A stretch of 57,692 nt of DNA, from the NCBI GenBank assembly GCA_021161675.1, contig JAGHAF010000034.1:1-57692 (forward strand), given 5' to 3'. Shown here in pieces: positions 56,737-57,692 of the stretch (within the stretch, counting starts at the first letter, position 1; every line of letters begins with the position of its first letter). A model generated the notes under the pieces. That model was given only the letters and a program-made list of their open reading frames with translations, was not told where the DNA came from and ran no database searches. The position numbers and the translations under genes were made by a program. The stretch is from Planctomycetota bacterium. Lineage in GTDB: Bacteria > Planctomycetota > Brocadiia > SM23-32.

Positions 56737-57468
56737 GTGAATACCACCGAGGTCACGGGGAAAGCGCAGACGCCCGGAGAGCGCCTGCGCCAGGTGCGCA
56801 AGGAACTCGGACTCAGCCAATCTGAACTGGGCCGGCCCGTCGGCGTGACCCAGAGCAGCATCGCCGCTTACGAAAGGGATCGCCGCGAGCCGCCGCTCTC
56901 GCTCTTGCTCGCGCTGGAACACGAGTTCCGGATAAACCATGAGTGGCTGGCCACCGGCCGGGGAGAGCGCCTGGCCGGGGTGCGCCCCTCCTTGCCCGTG
57001 GTCGTCACCGACCCGCGTCAACTCCAGCGGCTCACTCGGCTGGAAGGCCACGATCAATTTTACGCCGTGCCATACCTGCGCGACCCCGCTGCGGCGGGGG
57101 AGGGCCTGATCATGGACGAGCAGGTGGCCGGATACTGCATAATTCACCGCCGGGTCGCCCCCCGGCCCGAAACGATTCGCTGCGTGCGCATCTCCGGCGA
57201 GAGCATGTTGCCAACCCTGACCGACGGGAGCATCGTGGCCGTGGACATCACGCCCATACCCCGGCGGGCGCTCCAGGGAAAGATCGTCTGCTCGCGCACC
57301 GCAGATGGCGGAGTGGTCATAAAGAGGCTGCGGGTGCGGGGCCACTACGCGCTCCTGCTCAGCGACAGCGAAGACCAGCAGCGCCACCCGCCCATCGTGG
57401 TTGACCTGCGGGAGATGGAGCAGCCCATCATCGGCCAGGTGATATGGGCCTGGGTTGACCTGCGCTGA
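56737..57468 (+). CDS. XRE-HTH plus S24 peptidase repressor (CI/LexA-like)
   Basis: HTH RKELGLSQSELG..VGVTQSSIAAYE, INHEWLATG, cleavage site AAAG, catalytic GESM and IKRL. AAGGAG RBS. Confidence 0.93.
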   Translation: MNTTEVTGKAQTPGERLRQVRKELGLSQSELGRPVGVTQSSIAAYERDRREPPLSLLLALEHEFRINHEWLATGRGERLAGVRPSLPVVVTDPRQLQRLTRLEGHDQFYAVPYLRDPAAAGEGLIMDEQVAGYCIIHRRVAPRPETIRCVRISGESMLPTLTDGSIVAVDITPIPRRALQGKIVCSRTADGGVVIKRLRVRGHYALLLSDSEDQQRHPPIVVDLREMEQPIIGQVIWAWVDLR

Positions 57469-57692
57469 GCCGGCTGCCCCGCTCGCAGACTCCGGGCTCA
57501 CCGCGCAGGCCTGCCTCCCCACCGCAAAACAAAACACGCGCGACACAAAGACAACGGAAATATCAACCACGAAGATACTCATGAAGATGCCTCCCATGAA
57601 GTGAGCCGTGTCAAGGCAAAGTCTCGAGGCTTCGGTGCGTGGAGTCGACCAATCTCCCATTCGCGCTGGTCCACGCCTCTCGGGGGACCGCA

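Larger units (their letters stand above)
55275..57468. mobile_element. Phage-derived four-gene regulatory module (prophage remnant or domesticated)
   Basis: CI-like repressor divergent from gam, Zn-finger and xis-like HTH. No integrase, transposase or virion gene in the window. Confidence 0.55.

Noticed and set aside
56674-57660. 328-aa minus-strand ORF
   Set aside because: Antisense to the clearly recognisable repressor gene.

Overview
High-GC bacterial chromosomal window from a diderm organism (TolC, secretin, GT9 heptosyltransferase-like gene). A Planctomycetota/PVC origin is my inference from gene content and has not been tested. Left to right: (i) a >1380-aa secreted gingipain/C25-fold protein that runs off the left edge and is missing from the supplied ORF track; (ii) a methyltransferase, an MFS transporter and a ~2.5-kb patch of gene fragments (DinB, FHA-GAF, Trm112-like); (iii) an MNT-HEPN pair; (iv) the cluster ugd-folP-cdaA-cdaR-pdxJ-folE-holC; (v) miaB, a degenerate phosphohexomutase and an RNase HII-like gene; (vi) a long minus-strand run containing an ABC exporter, TetR, TolC, MFP, MacB-type ABC, S41-like protein, mreD, clpP, an orphan secretin, a BamE-like lipoprotein, a second ABC exporter, GT2, GT9 and UDG; (vii) a second MNT with a decayed HEPN, and another ABC/MFP set; (viii) a MobA-FdhD fusion, gpsA, a uronate isomerase-like gene, tmk, a kinase, an M42 peptidase, a URO-D family gene and uvrC; (ix) a compact phage-type switch in which a CI/LexA-like repressor lies divergent from gam, a Zn-finger gene and an HTH gene, with no integrase, transposase or virion genes in view. 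The most unusual signals are this minimal repressor-Gam module beside uvrC, the orphan secretin cluster, and several intact ORFs whose catalytic motifs appear substituted (C25, phosphohexomutase, S41, TlpA-like, FdhD). I found no rRNA, tRNA or CRISPR array. All motif alignments were made by eye against remembered consensus motifs and need HMM or structure confirmation.
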